A program made the position numbers and the translations under genes. A stretch of 64,000 nucleotides of DNA from assembly GCA_946965045.2 (NCBI GenBank), contig OX337237.1, positions 2,666,001-2,730,000 on the forward strand. The letters run 5' to 3'. Under the pieces are notes generated by a model. That model made no database searches. It saw only the letters and a program-made list of their open reading frames with translations, and had not been told where the DNA came from. Position 1 is the stretch's first letter. Every line of letters begins with the position of its first letter. This document shows, piece by piece, positions 63,642 to 64,000 of the stretch. This DNA comes from Epithemia pelagica (Eukaryota; Protista; Bacillariophyta).

Positions 63642-64000
63642 GGTATAACTGCGATGACAAACGTGGGCACGAGGACATCAATGACTGTGCCATTGATTTG
63701 ATGCTGGCAAGTGAGGCACCAAAAAGGGAATGCCAACGGATAGTCTTGACCAGCCGAATCCCAACAAATGGAACGCGAGTCCAAGTTCAATGCTGACAAG
63801 CTGATGTAACAGTGTCATGATGACGACGAGACTAGCTACAACGAAGATTTGTAGGTCTCAACCAAAGATGACCATGATGGTAAACAATTGGTGGAAATAC
63901 CGACTTGGACGATGAACGTCAGGAGAGATACTGATGATGAACATCGGTAAAATGACGGTACACTAATGGCCAAAATGATCCGCAAATGGCAAGTGTGGTC

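Overview
Eukaryotic nuclear DNA from a diatom, probably a raphid pennate. The evidence is Lhcf fucoxanthin-chlorophyll proteins, signal peptides followed by an A|F plastid-targeting motif, short GT-AG introns and CoDi-type Ty1/copia retrotransposons. About 43 kb (3.9-46.9 kb) is gene-rich host DNA. It holds PTOX, an MDR-fold reductase, Derlin, a signal-peptide SET protein, a BAH-ELM2-SANT protein, a single-exon TERT, a P-loop NTPase + restriction-endonuclease-fold protein, an LRR protein, a 2OG-oxygenase-ankyrin protein, a likely homolog of Dictyostelium conditioned medium factor, PEX16, one intact and two broken Lhcf copies, a TMEM42-like gene and plastid LysA. Copia elements flank this block. 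On the left is a multiply deleted element C (1-3855, minus). On the right is a nested pair: intact element B (54722-63047, plus, TSD GATAG) sits inside the 5' LTR of intact element A (46927-63641, minus, TSD GGTAT). The most unusual biology is in these elements. (i) A conserved extra sense ORF of unknown function lies between the PBS and gag-pol. (ii) A 285-bp non-coding leader is about 99% identical between the otherwise diverged A and B. (iii) The 14-nt PBS matches the anticodon arm of tRNA-Asn(GTT), implying half-tRNA priming. (iv) A chromo/chromoshadow-like module follows the integrase core. All alignments and counts were done by eye; family names are recognised from motifs, not from database searches.
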